Shown: one piece after another, positions 30,996 through 40,358 of the stretch
Layout of the letters: each line of letters starts with the position of its first letter
How positions within the stretch are numbered: the first letter of the stretch is position 1
NCBI GenBank assembly: GCA_963828285.1
Contig: CAWHEB010000002.1
Location: 376,297 to 440,296, forward strand
Direction of reading: 5' to 3'
DNA: 64,000 nt
Source of the DNA: an uncultured Chloroflexia bacterium
GTDB taxonomy: Bacteria; Chloroflexota; Anaerolineae; Anaerolineales; Anaerolineaceae
Position numbers and translations under genes: made by a program
The notes under the pieces: generated by a model
Told to the model about the DNA's origin: nothing
Database searches by the model: none
Seen by the model: only the letters and a program-made list of their open reading frames with translations

Positions 30996-33005
30996 TTATG
31001 CAGGTGCAGTTCCGCTGGTATCAGCTTCTTTCTTGGGCGGAGTTTCCTTCGCAGTCTTTATGCTTTCACGGATCTCATTCCGTAACATCTCAATATCCGG
31101 GTTCGGAACACGATCAGGCTGTTTCGTCACCTCCACGCCCAATTTATCCGAGAGCAGCATGGTCAGCAATCCTTCCATAATGTTACTCCCTGATGCAGTA
31201 CCACCTTCAGCTCCACCACCCGACACAACTACCCGTGGAACGATATCCACCTTGGCTTGTTGAATGGCTTCAGCAAAGCGGAACATGACCTGTTGAGTCA
31301 CCTGATATTGCGGTCCGCCATATGCTGCAACCTGCTCTTCTGTGGCAATAGCCTGGGCAATACCCAGACGAGCAATCTTTTCTGATTCGGCTTGAGCCAG
31401 AGTCTTGATCTGGGCTGCTTGTTGCATCGCCCTCTGATATTCTGCTTTACCCTGGTTGGTCTGAACCGTGATGCTCAATTCCGACTCGGTGATATTGCGC
31501 TGTTGTTCTGCCCGAGCCTGGGTTTCACGCAGTTCGCGTTCCTTGGCTGCCGCAACTTCCTGGCGGGCATAGGTCTCGATCTGTTCCACTGCGATCTGAC
31601 GGGATCGCAATTGGTTCAGTATCATCTCGATCTGCTTATCCTCGCTGGGTGAGGTTGGTGTGCCGATCAGAACTTCTTCCAGTTCCAGGTTGTAGTGAGC
31701 GAATTTGTCTTTCATCTCCTGGCTGGCTATCTTCTGGATCTCATTTCTTTCCTGCAGCAGTTGGATGATCGTCCGGGTCTGCCCTACATTCTTAAAATAT
31801 GCAGATACCATCGGGTCAAGAGTTTGCTCCACCAGCTTTTTCACATCCCCGAAACGTTGGATCACAAGTGGAGCTTTTTGGTAATCGATATGGATCACTA
31901 CTGACAACGGCAGGGATGGTTCGAATGCGTCCTTGGTGATCAGCGAAACTTCGGTAAGGTTTTCATCAAACCGGTGTGCGCCTGTCTCGGTGCTAATCCA
32001 CTTGAGGATAATGTTGGTGGTAGGAACCATGACCACATTTCCAGCATAAGTATTGAATGCATACTTACCTGGCAGCAGTGGTTCATTCCACACACCACGG
32101 TTGCCGCGTGAAACCAATTCACCATGTCTGTAATCCAACCCGGAAAGGTCTGTACCACGGTTGCCGGTGTAAGATACGACCACACCTACCCAACCCACTT
32201 CGACGATCGTCTTGGGGATCTTTTCCACAGTGGCGAAAAGGCAGTTGAGGTAATATGTGCCTTCTACTAAAACCTGCAGCTGTCGACCACGCCGTCCACC
32301 AGCCGTGATGAACCGGTCAGGCATCTGGAAGTTGTTATGGTAAATCTCTGGGTTATTGGAGTCTTCACCCACGATGGACGCGATGATTTCTCCATCCGCG
32401 AGTGATGGACCATCGTGTATGGTTACGATACCGGCTAGGTCGTCCGAATCTTTGATGACCATCGGGCTAAAGCCTTCACGCTGCAAGATCACCTCAGCCA
32501 TGGTACGGATGGCCAGATCGTCATCCTTGCTGAGCGGGAGGAAATAGGTCTTTCCCAGGGTGATGACCACAAATTGAGCCAGGTTGATGGCATAGGTTCC
32601 TTCACGTAGGATCTGACGTTGAGGTCCACGCTGCCCGCCATTTGTGAGGAATTTGACGACATCCTGAAAGTCGTCCGCTTTTAGATTAGATGCGAGTACC
32701 TGCATGGCACTGAGTTGTCCACCGTCACGGGCGTACACATAGCCGATCTTTCCCTGCGGGATGGTGACCAGTGGTTCTATATGGACCCGGTATTGGAATG
32801 GAACCAAATAGTGGATGCCACCACGCAAGACATTGGGCTGGAAGCCGGCTTCTCCGTGAAGTGCAATAAAACCGCCTTCAATTGATTTGGCACCAAATAT
32901 TTTTTCTACGATTCCTATTCGGTTGTTTGGGATGAAGCGGATCCCGGATAACAGGATTATGATCAAAATGACCACAACCAAAACGAGTAAAACTTGTAGA
33001 AGCAT
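30996..33005 (-). CDS. Flotillin/SPFH-domain (YqiK-like) membrane protein
   Basis: N-terminal TM helix, SPFH domain, long Ala/Gln/Glu-rich coiled-coil (..EQIETYARQEVAAAKERELRETQARAEQQR..). ATG at 33005 with RBS aaggag. Confidence 0.85.
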   Translation of the reverse strand: MLLQVLLVLVVVILIIILLSGIRFIPNNRIGIVEKIFGAKSIEGGFIALHGEAGFQPNVLRGGIHYLVPFQYRVHIEPLVTIPQGKIGYVYARDGGQLSAMQVLASNLKADDFQDVVKFLTNGGQRGPQRQILREGTYAINLAQFVVITLGKTYFLPLSKDDDLAIRTMAEVILQREGFSPMVIKDSDDLAGIVTIHDGPSLADGEIIASIVGEDSNNPEIYHNNFQMPDRFITAGGRRGRQLQVLVEGTYYLNCLFATVEKIPKTIVEVGWVGVVVSYTGNRGTDLSGLDYRHGELVSRGNRGVWNEPLLPGKYAFNTYAGNVVMVPTTNIILKWISTETGAHRFDENLTEVSLITKDAFEPSLPLSVVIHIDYQKAPLVIQRFGDVKKLVEQTLDPMVSAYFKNVGQTRTIIQLLQERNEIQKIASQEMKDKFAHYNLELEEVLIGTPTSPSEDKQIEMILNQLRSRQIAVEQIETYARQEVAAAKERELRETQARAEQQRNITESELSITVQTNQGKAEYQRAMQQAAQIKTLAQAESEKIARLGIAQAIATEEQVAAYGGPQYQVTQQVMFRFAEAIQQAKVDIVPRVVVSGGGAEGGTASGSNIMEGLLTMLLSDKLGVEVTKQPDRVPNPDIEMLRNEIRESIKTAKETPPKKEADTSGTAPA

Positions 33006-33509
33006 AGTAGTCTCCTTTACTATATCTACGAAGATCAAACATATTGGTTCTAAGTATGATGCGGATTTGTTTTGTTGGCAAACAGATAATTGCGCTTTCT
33101 GATCTCAATATACCTTCATAACTAGATATTTCATTATTTGGTATTCTAAGATTGTTCAGTATAAGAAAAAAAATTTTCAGCTTTGAATCTTAATTTTATT
33201 ATCAAAAAAGAAACAAGTTGGCAAATTCGTCCCAATGCTAATTTGTTTACAGGGGAGATTTTGTTTTACTCCGTATCCAAATCCAAATGAATGCGTCAAA
33301 ATAGATATACACTTCCATGCCTGTAGCATTGTATACCGAAGACCGATGATACATCCTGCGGCATTTGAAGTGCTCCCTGGATCGGTATAATCCGAATACA
33401 AATCGGCTGGCCGGAATTTGACAGTACGGTTGGCTTCAGGGAGAAAGTTCCTAAGGTAATTGTTAGGTCAGTACATTCATCCTCTGCTTATAATGGAATC
33501 AAGAGGCTC

Positions 33510-33956
33510 ATGAGAATAACAGCAGTCATAATGGTTTTGGTTTTCGTCCTCGCAGCCTGCAATGTAAATACCAACGGATCAACTCCACAGAAACAACAAA
33601 ATCCAGACTTATCTGCTCCAACAGTTGAAATCCAAAATGAAGCAGTCGTATCAACATCCGAATCGCAGCAATCTGGATCTACGAATGGTATTGAAATCAC
33701 CAGTGGTGATTACTGGCTGCATCTGTTCTCTCCACAGGATGGCGATGTAGTAAATCAACCTTCTATAGACCTCAACGGTGAGGTCCCTTCCGAAACTGTC
33801 CTTTCGATCAATGATGATATTTCCCTTATCCAGGGCGGAGGTAAGTTCTCCATCCCGGTCGAATTGGAAGAAGGACCAAATGTGATCGAAGTGGTTGCGA
33901 GTGATCTTTCTGGAAATGAGATCTCTTTAGTACTGACAATCGTGTATGAGAAGTAA
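33510..33956 (+). CDS. Hypothetical lipoprotein
   Basis: Lipobox VFVLAAC. Confidence 0.5.
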   Translation: MRITAVIMVLVFVLAACNVNTNGSTPQKQQNPDLSAPTVEIQNEAVVSTSESQQSGSTNGIEITSGDYWLHLFSPQDGDVVNQPSIDLNGEVPSETVLSINDDISLIQGGGKFSIPVELEEGPNVIEVVASDLSGNEISLVLTIVYEK

Positions 33957-33971
33957 AAAGGAGTATAAGAA

Positions 33972-34739
33972 ATGAAAACCAAACGAATCTTTATCCTGCT
34001 TTCTGTGATCGTGGCTCTGTTCATGGTCTCGACCCAGGTGCTTGCTGCACCTGAGATGCCTGCCCCGAAGAAAACACCGCCGGGTCAGATGAAAACCCCT
34101 GGTGTAAAAGCCACGGAAAAATCAGTTGAAAAGTCGACCCGTCAGGCTGGTAAGCTTAACGGCAAACCGGAGAATTACAAAGGTACCATTTCAGCAGTTG
34201 ATGCGACCAGTATCACCCTCGATCTTGGCGGTGGAAGCTTGATTTCTGCAGCCATCGTCCCTGAAACACGTATCAATATCCCGACCGTAAAAGGCGCACA
34301 ATTCAGTGGGCTTCTCCCGGGAATGAAGGCTATGGTTCAGGCAATCCGTGGGCAAGATGACACACTGACTGCCCGATTTATTCATGTCATCCCTGGAAAA
34401 CCACTCAAGATTCACCGTGTCGGATTTGTAGTTGCTTATACAACCGGTGTAACCATAACGATCCAGGATCAATATGGGGAACAGTTCACCTTCTTGCTGA
34501 CGCCGAATACCAAGATCCTGCCCGCTGAACGTGCTTCAATGCTTGTGATTGGTGCCCGTGTAACGATCATCTCTCCCCGTGATGTATCTTCACTGGATCG
34601 GACTGCAATGGGCATCGTAGTACATCCCGATGCAGTGATCACCCTCACTCCAACCCCCACCGAGACGCCAACTGCGACTCCCACTGAAACACCGACCGAG
34701 GTTCCTACTGAGACTCCGACAGAAACTCTATCTGTCTAA
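33972..34739 (+). CDS. Secreted hypothetical protein with C-terminal (TPTE)n low-complexity tail
   Basis: Signal peptide. C-terminus TPTPTETPTATPTETPTEVPTETPTETLSV. Confidence 0.5.
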   Translation: MKTKRIFILLSVIVALFMVSTQVLAAPEMPAPKKTPPGQMKTPGVKATEKSVEKSTRQAGKLNGKPENYKGTISAVDATSITLDLGGGSLISAAIVPETRINIPTVKGAQFSGLLPGMKAMVQAIRGQDDTLTARFIHVIPGKPLKIHRVGFVVAYTTGVTITIQDQYGEQFTFLLTPNTKILPAERASMLVIGARVTIISPRDVSSLDRTAMGIVVHPDAVITLTPTPTETPTATPTETPTEVPTETPTETLSV

Positions 34740-34771
34740 TAATAACTGAAAACCTCATAGTCAGTTACCAA

Positions 34772-34816
34772 AAATAAGAGACTTCTCCAAAATAGAAGTC
34801 TCTTATTATGTTTTTT
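34772..34816. terminator. Strong bidirectional Rho-independent terminator
   Basis: AATAAGAGACTTCT-ccaaaatag-AGAAGTCTCTTATT then ATGTTTTTTCC. Confidence 0.8.
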
Positions 34817-34831
34817 CCGTTTTTCTTGTTT

Positions 34832-35737
34832 TCAGAGCACAAATCCATATTGCCCGAGTACATTTATGGGGAATTCGAAACGGACAGTCTTCTCAGGATC
34901 AACAATCTGACAGAACTTAAGGTCACCGGCGATACTCATCAACATCCCAGCATCGTTCAAGGACAGTTTCACGACCTCAGTCAGGAATTTTGCCATGGCA
35001 TGGGTCGCACCGCTAGCGGCTTCATCTAATGTTGGTGCGCTGAAGATTGTTGCGACAACCTGTTCATTCTTTAGAAATGGTGTTGGCAAGCCCTTAAGGT
35101 TGTCCTCCACTTGAGCTTTGAAGCGGAACTCTCCTGGAGTTTCCGCGCCACATACTACGATCTCGCCATCACCCATCACAGCGTGGAAATCACCCGCACC
35201 AAACAAGGCTCCTTCCACCCCGACTGTGAAGTAGAGACTGGCTCCTTCGCTGATGAGAGTACAATCCATGTTCCCGCCATGGGGTCCCGGTGTACCATTG
35301 GGTACAGATCCACTCGCCGGAGCCACACCAATCACTCCGATCATCGGCTTTTTCGGGACACGAATTTTATTCTTAAAAACTACTTCGTTGCCATCCATTT
35401 TTAGAAAAGTAGTCTCCATTTCAGAGATCACATCCCCCAATGCGCCTTCGCCTGGTAATGTGACCATAATAGATTGCTCCCCAATTTCCACTTTTAACAG
35501 GTCAACACGGAGTACATCACCAGGTTTTGTACCACCTATATATACTGGACCAGTCGCGGGGTTGACATGGTCCCAATCTAATTTATCAATCAGATCCTTT
35601 TCGCTGTGTAACTGCCCTTGAAAACAATCATGGGTTTCCATCACCACTTCCTCACCTTGATCCACATGAAGCACAGGTTTCAACAAGGGATTGAAAGAAA
35701 AAAAGACATGGTCACGTGAAACTTTCTGAGTTATCAT
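34832..35737 (-). CDS. Acetamidase/formamidase (FmdA_AmdA) family protein
   Basis: Whole-length resemblance to PF03069 (..GPVYIGGTKPGDVLRVDLL.., ..GNMDC.., ..FGAGDFHAVMGDGE..). Confidence 0.8.
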   Translation of the reverse strand: MITQKVSRDHVFFSFNPLLKPVLHVDQGEEVVMETHDCFQGQLHSEKDLIDKLDWDHVNPATGPVYIGGTKPGDVLRVDLLKVEIGEQSIMVTLPGEGALGDVISEMETTFLKMDGNEVVFKNKIRVPKKPMIGVIGVAPASGSVPNGTPGPHGGNMDCTLISEGASLYFTVGVEGALFGAGDFHAVMGDGEIVVCGAETPGEFRFKAQVEDNLKGLPTPFLKNEQVVATIFSAPTLDEAASGATHAMAKFLTEVVKLSLNDAGMLMSIAGDLKFCQIVDPEKTVRFEFPINVLGQYGFVL

Positions 35738-35763
35738 TCCTCCGGTATCGAATATTGGATCAA

Positions 35764-36783
35764 CTACCCGGTGATCAAACCGAGAACTAATTGTTCGGTG
35801 AAGTTACCAATTTGTAACTGGTTTAGTATCATTCCGGTCATAATTACTGTAACGATCACAGCCATAACCAGATAATCTTGACGATGGAATTCAAACTCGC
35901 GACGATACGTGCGTGCATGGATGTTGTAATCAAATCCACGTGAAAGGATCGCAATTGAAATATCTTGTGAGCGTTCCAAAGTCGCTAGAAAGATGGGGAT
36001 CAACAAAGCGGTAAGCACCTGGACCCGGCGGATTAAATTCTTCGGTTTTACATCATATCCACGAGCCTTTTGAGCATCAGTGATCTTTTGTGTTTGTTTG
36101 GTCAACAATCCCACCGTAGAAAATCCAAGTGTAAGCGCCACTCCCATCTCTGGCGGCAGTCCCCGGGAAGCAATGGCATGGACAAAAAAACCTGCAGCGA
36201 GACAAATGGCAATGATCATCAAGTTTCTGTAAAAAGGATCTAATGCTAGGATTGTGGTCTCTTTAATGAGCATCATTGGTAAAGAAGATACGAGTAGTAT
36301 TGACGCGATCACCAGTGATGATCCCAGATCAAGCCATTTAAATTTCCTTTTTCCCTGTTCGGTGATGGTCAAAGCTAATTCAACCGGAGGTGTACTATAT
36401 AGCATCAAATGGACGGCAAGTACAACCGCAAAAAAACGAAAGAAAACTGCCACTCCACGAATCAGACCTTGCACAGTCACCGGAACATAATTGGTGAAGG
36501 GGATAAGATGAAACAAGAAGTAAGCGTCATCCGGGGTGAAAAATAAAATCTGGAAGAATGAAAAAGTGAGAAATACTACAACCAGGACCCGCAGGTTTTG
36601 ATTGAGAAGTTTTTTATCCACTGCTTTTGTGCCGAGTGTGTATAAACCAAGAAATAATAATCCCATCAGAATAGGATCTGCTATGACCACCGCAGTTACT
36701 GTTGCACCTATGAAAAGTAAAAGTTTCGTCCGGGCATCCAAATCATGAAGGAAAGAGCTATTCTTCTGATATTCAATTGACAT
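35764..36783 (-). CDS. ecfT: ECF transporter transmembrane (T) component EcfT
   Basis: CbiQ-like polytopic protein. Overlaps the upstream ATPase gene by 11 nt. Confidence 0.75.
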   Translation of the reverse strand: MSIEYQKNSSFLHDLDARTKLLLFIGATVTAVVIADPILMGLLFLGLYTLGTKAVDKKLLNQNLRVLVVVFLTFSFFQILFFTPDDAYFLFHLIPFTNYVPVTVQGLIRGVAVFFRFFAVVLAVHLMLYSTPPVELALTITEQGKRKFKWLDLGSSLVIASILLVSSLPMMLIKETTILALDPFYRNLMIIAICLAAGFFVHAIASRGLPPEMGVALTLGFSTVGLLTKQTQKITDAQKARGYDVKPKNLIRRVQVLTALLIPIFLATLERSQDISIAILSRGFDYNIHARTYRREFEFHRQDYLVMAVIVTVIMTGMILNQLQIGNFTEQLVLGLITG

Positions 36784-38485
36784 GATGCTGCTCCCCCGTT
36801 ATCTGGCTTAGGAAATCTTTCATATCGTCAAATGCTACTGTCCACGGAGGAATACCATAATCGGATAATCTAAGTGAAAGCTTGGTGATCTCAGGAAGAT
36901 CCAAGGAGTTTTCTTTCATCATTTTGACATCAGATAACATATTGCGGATAGGGCCATCAAAAACAAGATTCCCGTGATTAAGGACTATTGCTCGTTGAGC
37001 GAACATGGCTGCGTAATCAATCCGATGGGTGACTAATAATATGGTAGTTCCCTGGTCATTCAATCGCTTGATAATTTGAAAAATACTTTCTATCATCTCC
37101 GGGTCCTGACCGGTAGTTGGTTCGTCGATTACTAGGATCTTCGGTTTAAGGGTCAATACAGAAGCAAGCGCGATCCGCTGCTTTTGCCCTTTTCCCAGGT
37201 CAAACACTTCGGTATCTAGATAGTCAGTCATATCAACTATATCCAATGCTTCATGGATTCGATTATCAAATTCGGTAGGATTGATATTGTGTGATTTTAA
37301 TCCAAAGGACATTTCATCTCGGACATTAAACGACACAATCTGATGATTTGGATTCTGAAAACAGAAGCCTACATCTTGGGCAAGGATGTGGGTTGGTGTC
37401 TCAGCGACATCTTTTCCCATCACTTTCACTTTTCCAGTTGATGGTTGATTTAACCCGATAATATGACGAACAAATGTTGTTTTCCCTGATCCATTTCGTC
37501 CGAGGATGGCTACCATCTCGCCGGAATGAATTGTCAGACTTAGATTTTGTAAAGCGGCTTTTTCCGCATTGTAATAAAAAGAGACATCCTCAACTTCGAT
37601 AACTGGAAGGTTATCTTTACGTTCAGGCAAACGATGATTATTCAACATCAGCTGATTCAACTTGTATTTTTTTCTGAATTCCACAGAAAATCCCTCAGGA
37701 GTTAGCGGATCATTGGGAAGATGGAAGCATTCGGATAGACGGAGAATATCTGGACGTTTGAATACATGGGGAATATCACCGCCAGCTATAACATCTTTAG
37801 TCTTACCATCCCGAATGATTTGTCCTTGATTTATGACTATGACACGATCCACCTGAGGAAGAACATCTTCCAGTGCATGCTCCACGATCAGTAGAGTTTT
37901 CCCCCGTTGTTTCGCAACCTGAATTACTAATTTCAGTATCTGAATACGTCCAGCAGGATCCAGGTTGGCAAGAGGTTCATCCATTACATAAATTTCGGGG
38001 TGCATTGAATATGTTGCTGCGATCACACAAGCTTGTTGTTCCCCACCTGATAAGTTGTGTGGTTCACGGTCTTCATAACCCGTCAACCTGGTCGCGGCAA
38101 GCGCATCTGCTACGCGGAGATTAATTTCATCACGGGGAATGCCCATGTTTTCGGGACCAAAAGCAACCTCGTCCATTACGGTGTTCGTAACCAACTGACT
38201 TTCCGGGTCTTGAAATACCATCCCGACAATGGAGGCTAGACCTCCAACCCTTGCTTTTTTTGTATCATAAGGACCAACTGTAACTGTCCCTCGTAAATCA
38301 CCATCATGGTAATGGGGGACCAACCCATTTATGCAGGAACACAGAGTGGTTTTTCCACTGCCTGCCGGACCGGTAACAAGGATGATTTCCCCAGGGTGAA
38401 TTTTAATGTTGATGTTCTTCAGGGCTAATGTCTCGCTTCCTGCATAAGAAAATGAAACATCGTTGAAATTGATTTCGTAAGACAT
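36773..38485 (-). CDS. ECF transporter fused tandem ATPase (EcfA1-EcfA2)
   Basis: Two complete ABC NBDs (GPAGSGKTT..LSGGEQQ..VMDEP and GRNGSGKTT..LGKGQKQRIALA..VIDEPTTGQD). Confidence 0.9.
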   Translation of the reverse strand: MSYEINFNDVSFSYAGSETLALKNINIKIHPGEIILVTGPAGSGKTTLCSCINGLVPHYHDGDLRGTVTVGPYDTKKARVGGLASIVGMVFQDPESQLVTNTVMDEVAFGPENMGIPRDEINLRVADALAATRLTGYEDREPHNLSGGEQQACVIAATYSMHPEIYVMDEPLANLDPAGRIQILKLVIQVAKQRGKTLLIVEHALEDVLPQVDRVIVINQGQIIRDGKTKDVIAGGDIPHVFKRPDILRLSECFHLPNDPLTPEGFSVEFRKKYKLNQLMLNNHRLPERKDNLPVIEVEDVSFYYNAEKAALQNLSLTIHSGEMVAILGRNGSGKTTFVRHIIGLNQPSTGKVKVMGKDVAETPTHILAQDVGFCFQNPNHQIVSFNVRDEMSFGLKSHNINPTEFDNRIHEALDIVDMTDYLDTEVFDLGKGQKQRIALASVLTLKPKILVIDEPTTGQDPEMIESIFQIIKRLNDQGTTILLVTHRIDYAAMFAQRAIVLNHGNLVFDGPIRNMLSDVKMMKENSLDLPEITKLSLRLSDYGIPPWTVAFDDMKDFLSQITGEQHHVN

Positions 38486-38575
38486 ATTTGCTTTCGTTTT
38501 TCATCAGGATACCCAGGCCGCATTTAGATAAATGCGGCCTGAGATTTACAGCATAATTTCTCAGTTAATAATTGC

Positions 38576-39157
38576 TTACCACAGAGGTCTACGAAACCTT
38601 TCTGGAAGTGCAGCCATGATCACCGTTGTAACAACTGTGGTCAGTAAAGCTTCTGGCATCGCACCTACTTCGAGTGCCCCCAGGAAGGCGAAGAAACCAC
38701 CATATTCCGGATCTGGATAGAAAATAGACAAGCCAACTGCAAATAGAGGGATGACCACGACAGTATAGTAAAGGAATACTTGCACAGCCCAGGCAGCCAG
38801 GCTTAATACTTTCTTCTCATGGAGACGCCAACTGAAGTTCTTATACACAAATCCGTTGAATACCCCACCCACAACATGGGCAAGCAAGCTGGCCAGCGGA
38901 ATCCCGGGTTCAGCAATTCCAGCCAGAAGACCAATGACCACACCACCAACAGGACCTGTCAGAGATGCGCCAATGCTGGTAAATATCTCACGTGGATCAG
39001 TAACCACTGGTGTACCCGGAATGGGAATGGTCACCCCGGCTAAAACAAGGGCAAGGGCAGCTCCACCAAATGCTGCAGCGACTCCGACCTGTCGAGCATT
39101 CATGACAGGTTTACGTTTGCTTTCAACCAAATTCGAAACGGTAGATTGTTCGCTCAT
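38576..39157 (-). CDS. ECF transporter substrate-specific (S) component, substrate unknown
   Basis: 193-aa, ~6-TM protein at the head of the S-A1A2-T operon. RBS aaggaga. Confidence 0.6.
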   Translation of the reverse strand: MSEQSTVSNLVESKRKPVMNARQVGVAAAFGGAALALVLAGVTIPIPGTPVVTDPREIFTSIGASLTGPVGGVVIGLLAGIAEPGIPLASLLAHVVGGVFNGFVYKNFSWRLHEKKVLSLAAWAVQVFLYYTVVVIPLFAVGLSIFYPDPEYGGFFAFLGALEVGAMPEALLTTVVTTVIMAALPERFRRPLW

Positions 39158-39288
39158 CTTAAATTCTCCTTAGAAAAAATAATTGCCTAAATTAATTACT
39201 ACTTCCGATTCTTTAGAATTTCGATCCCTGCTCCTTTCATTCAAAATTTTCCTCCTAGTTTCTCGCCCACTCTCCAATGGGGTAATGA

Positions 39289-39325
39289 TAAAAAAAGCCA
39301 CCTATGATTGGGTGGCTTTTGTTTG
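39289..39325. terminator. Bidirectional Rho-independent terminator
   Basis: AAAAAAAGCCACC-tatgattg-GGTGGCTTTTGTTTG. Confidence 0.7.
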
Positions 39326-39668
39326 ACTTATGGTATTTTTGTAAAACTTTTATTCGGTTGCTTCAGCCATCCATACGAGTATTCTTCTCTCCAGAATAAT
39401 AATGGAAAGAATGATTACAACAAGAATGAAGTAGTACAGATTATTCATTAATTTTCTCTAGCTGAAACAAGTTAATTTGTCCAATTATACAGATGTAATT
39501 ACATATGTCAATACCCAGGTTAATTTTAAGTTTAATTCTAAACAGAATTAGCAAGGAAAACGATACGCAACTCTATTAATCGGGCAAGATGGTTATTTTA
39601 ATTTGAAAGTACTAGAATCAGAATACTCTTTGGGATATACTTTTTACTCTCATATGAAAGGATGCCAC

Positions 39669-40337
39669 ATGATCACTGACCAGGAAATCATATTTCGAAT
39701 CATTATCGGAGCATTATTGGGTGCCATGGTAGGTTTCGAACGCGAACGTCAGGGACAGCCAGCGGGGTTACGTACTCACATTATTCTTGTTGTTGGGGCC
39801 ACGCTTGCCATGACGCTGTCGATTAATATGGCTATCCAATTCAATCCCATGGTACCTAATGGAGATCCTGCCCGACTTGCTGCCCAGGTGATTTCAGGGA
39901 TCGGATTTCTCGGCGCCGGTGCAATCCTCCGCTATGGGTCAAATATCAAGGGTTTGACAACAGCTACCTCCCTATGGACGATGGCCATTGTGGGATTGGC
40001 GATCGGTGCCGGGCACTACTTATCTGGTTTTGCTGCAACCGGGATGATCCTCATCGCCTTGATCCTGTTGAATGTCTTTGAAAAACATTACATCAAAACG
40101 TATACCACCATGGTTCTGGATGTTTCCGCTGAAGATAAGGAAACATTACCCGACGAAATCCGCAAAACATTGCACGGCATCGTCTCCTCCATGGTAGCAA
40201 CGAGTATTGAAAAAAATCTGGCCACGAAACAGATTCGTTTAACTTATACAATCAAGCTTACAGCGAAGACCTCAATACAAAACATAACCGAAACTCTCGA
40301 AAAAATGACTGGTATCCATTCCATTAAGATTTCATAG
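39669..40337 (+). CDS. mgtC: MgtC/SapB family membrane protein
   Basis: ..RIIIGALLGAMVGFERE..GLRTHILVVGATL..GIGFLGAGAIL motifs. ORF track starts earlier at 39603. Confidence 0.75.
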   Translation: MITDQEIIFRIIIGALLGAMVGFERERQGQPAGLRTHIILVVGATLAMTLSINMAIQFNPMVPNGDPARLAAQVISGIGFLGAGAILRYGSNIKGLTTATSLWTMAIVGLAIGAGHYLSGFAATGMILIALILLNVFEKHYIKTYTTMVLDVSAEDKETLPDEIRKTLHGIVSSMVATSIEKNLATKQIRLTYTIKLTAKTSIQNITETLEKMTGIHSIKIS

Positions 40338-40358
40338 AACACTGATTGTGGGGTAAAT

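Noticed and set aside
31033-32547. Multiple 60-90 aa plus-strand ORFs within the flotillin gene
   Set aside because: Antisense to a long, well-supported SPFH/coiled-coil gene. Ala/Gln-rich coding DNA commonly yields spurious antisense ORFs.
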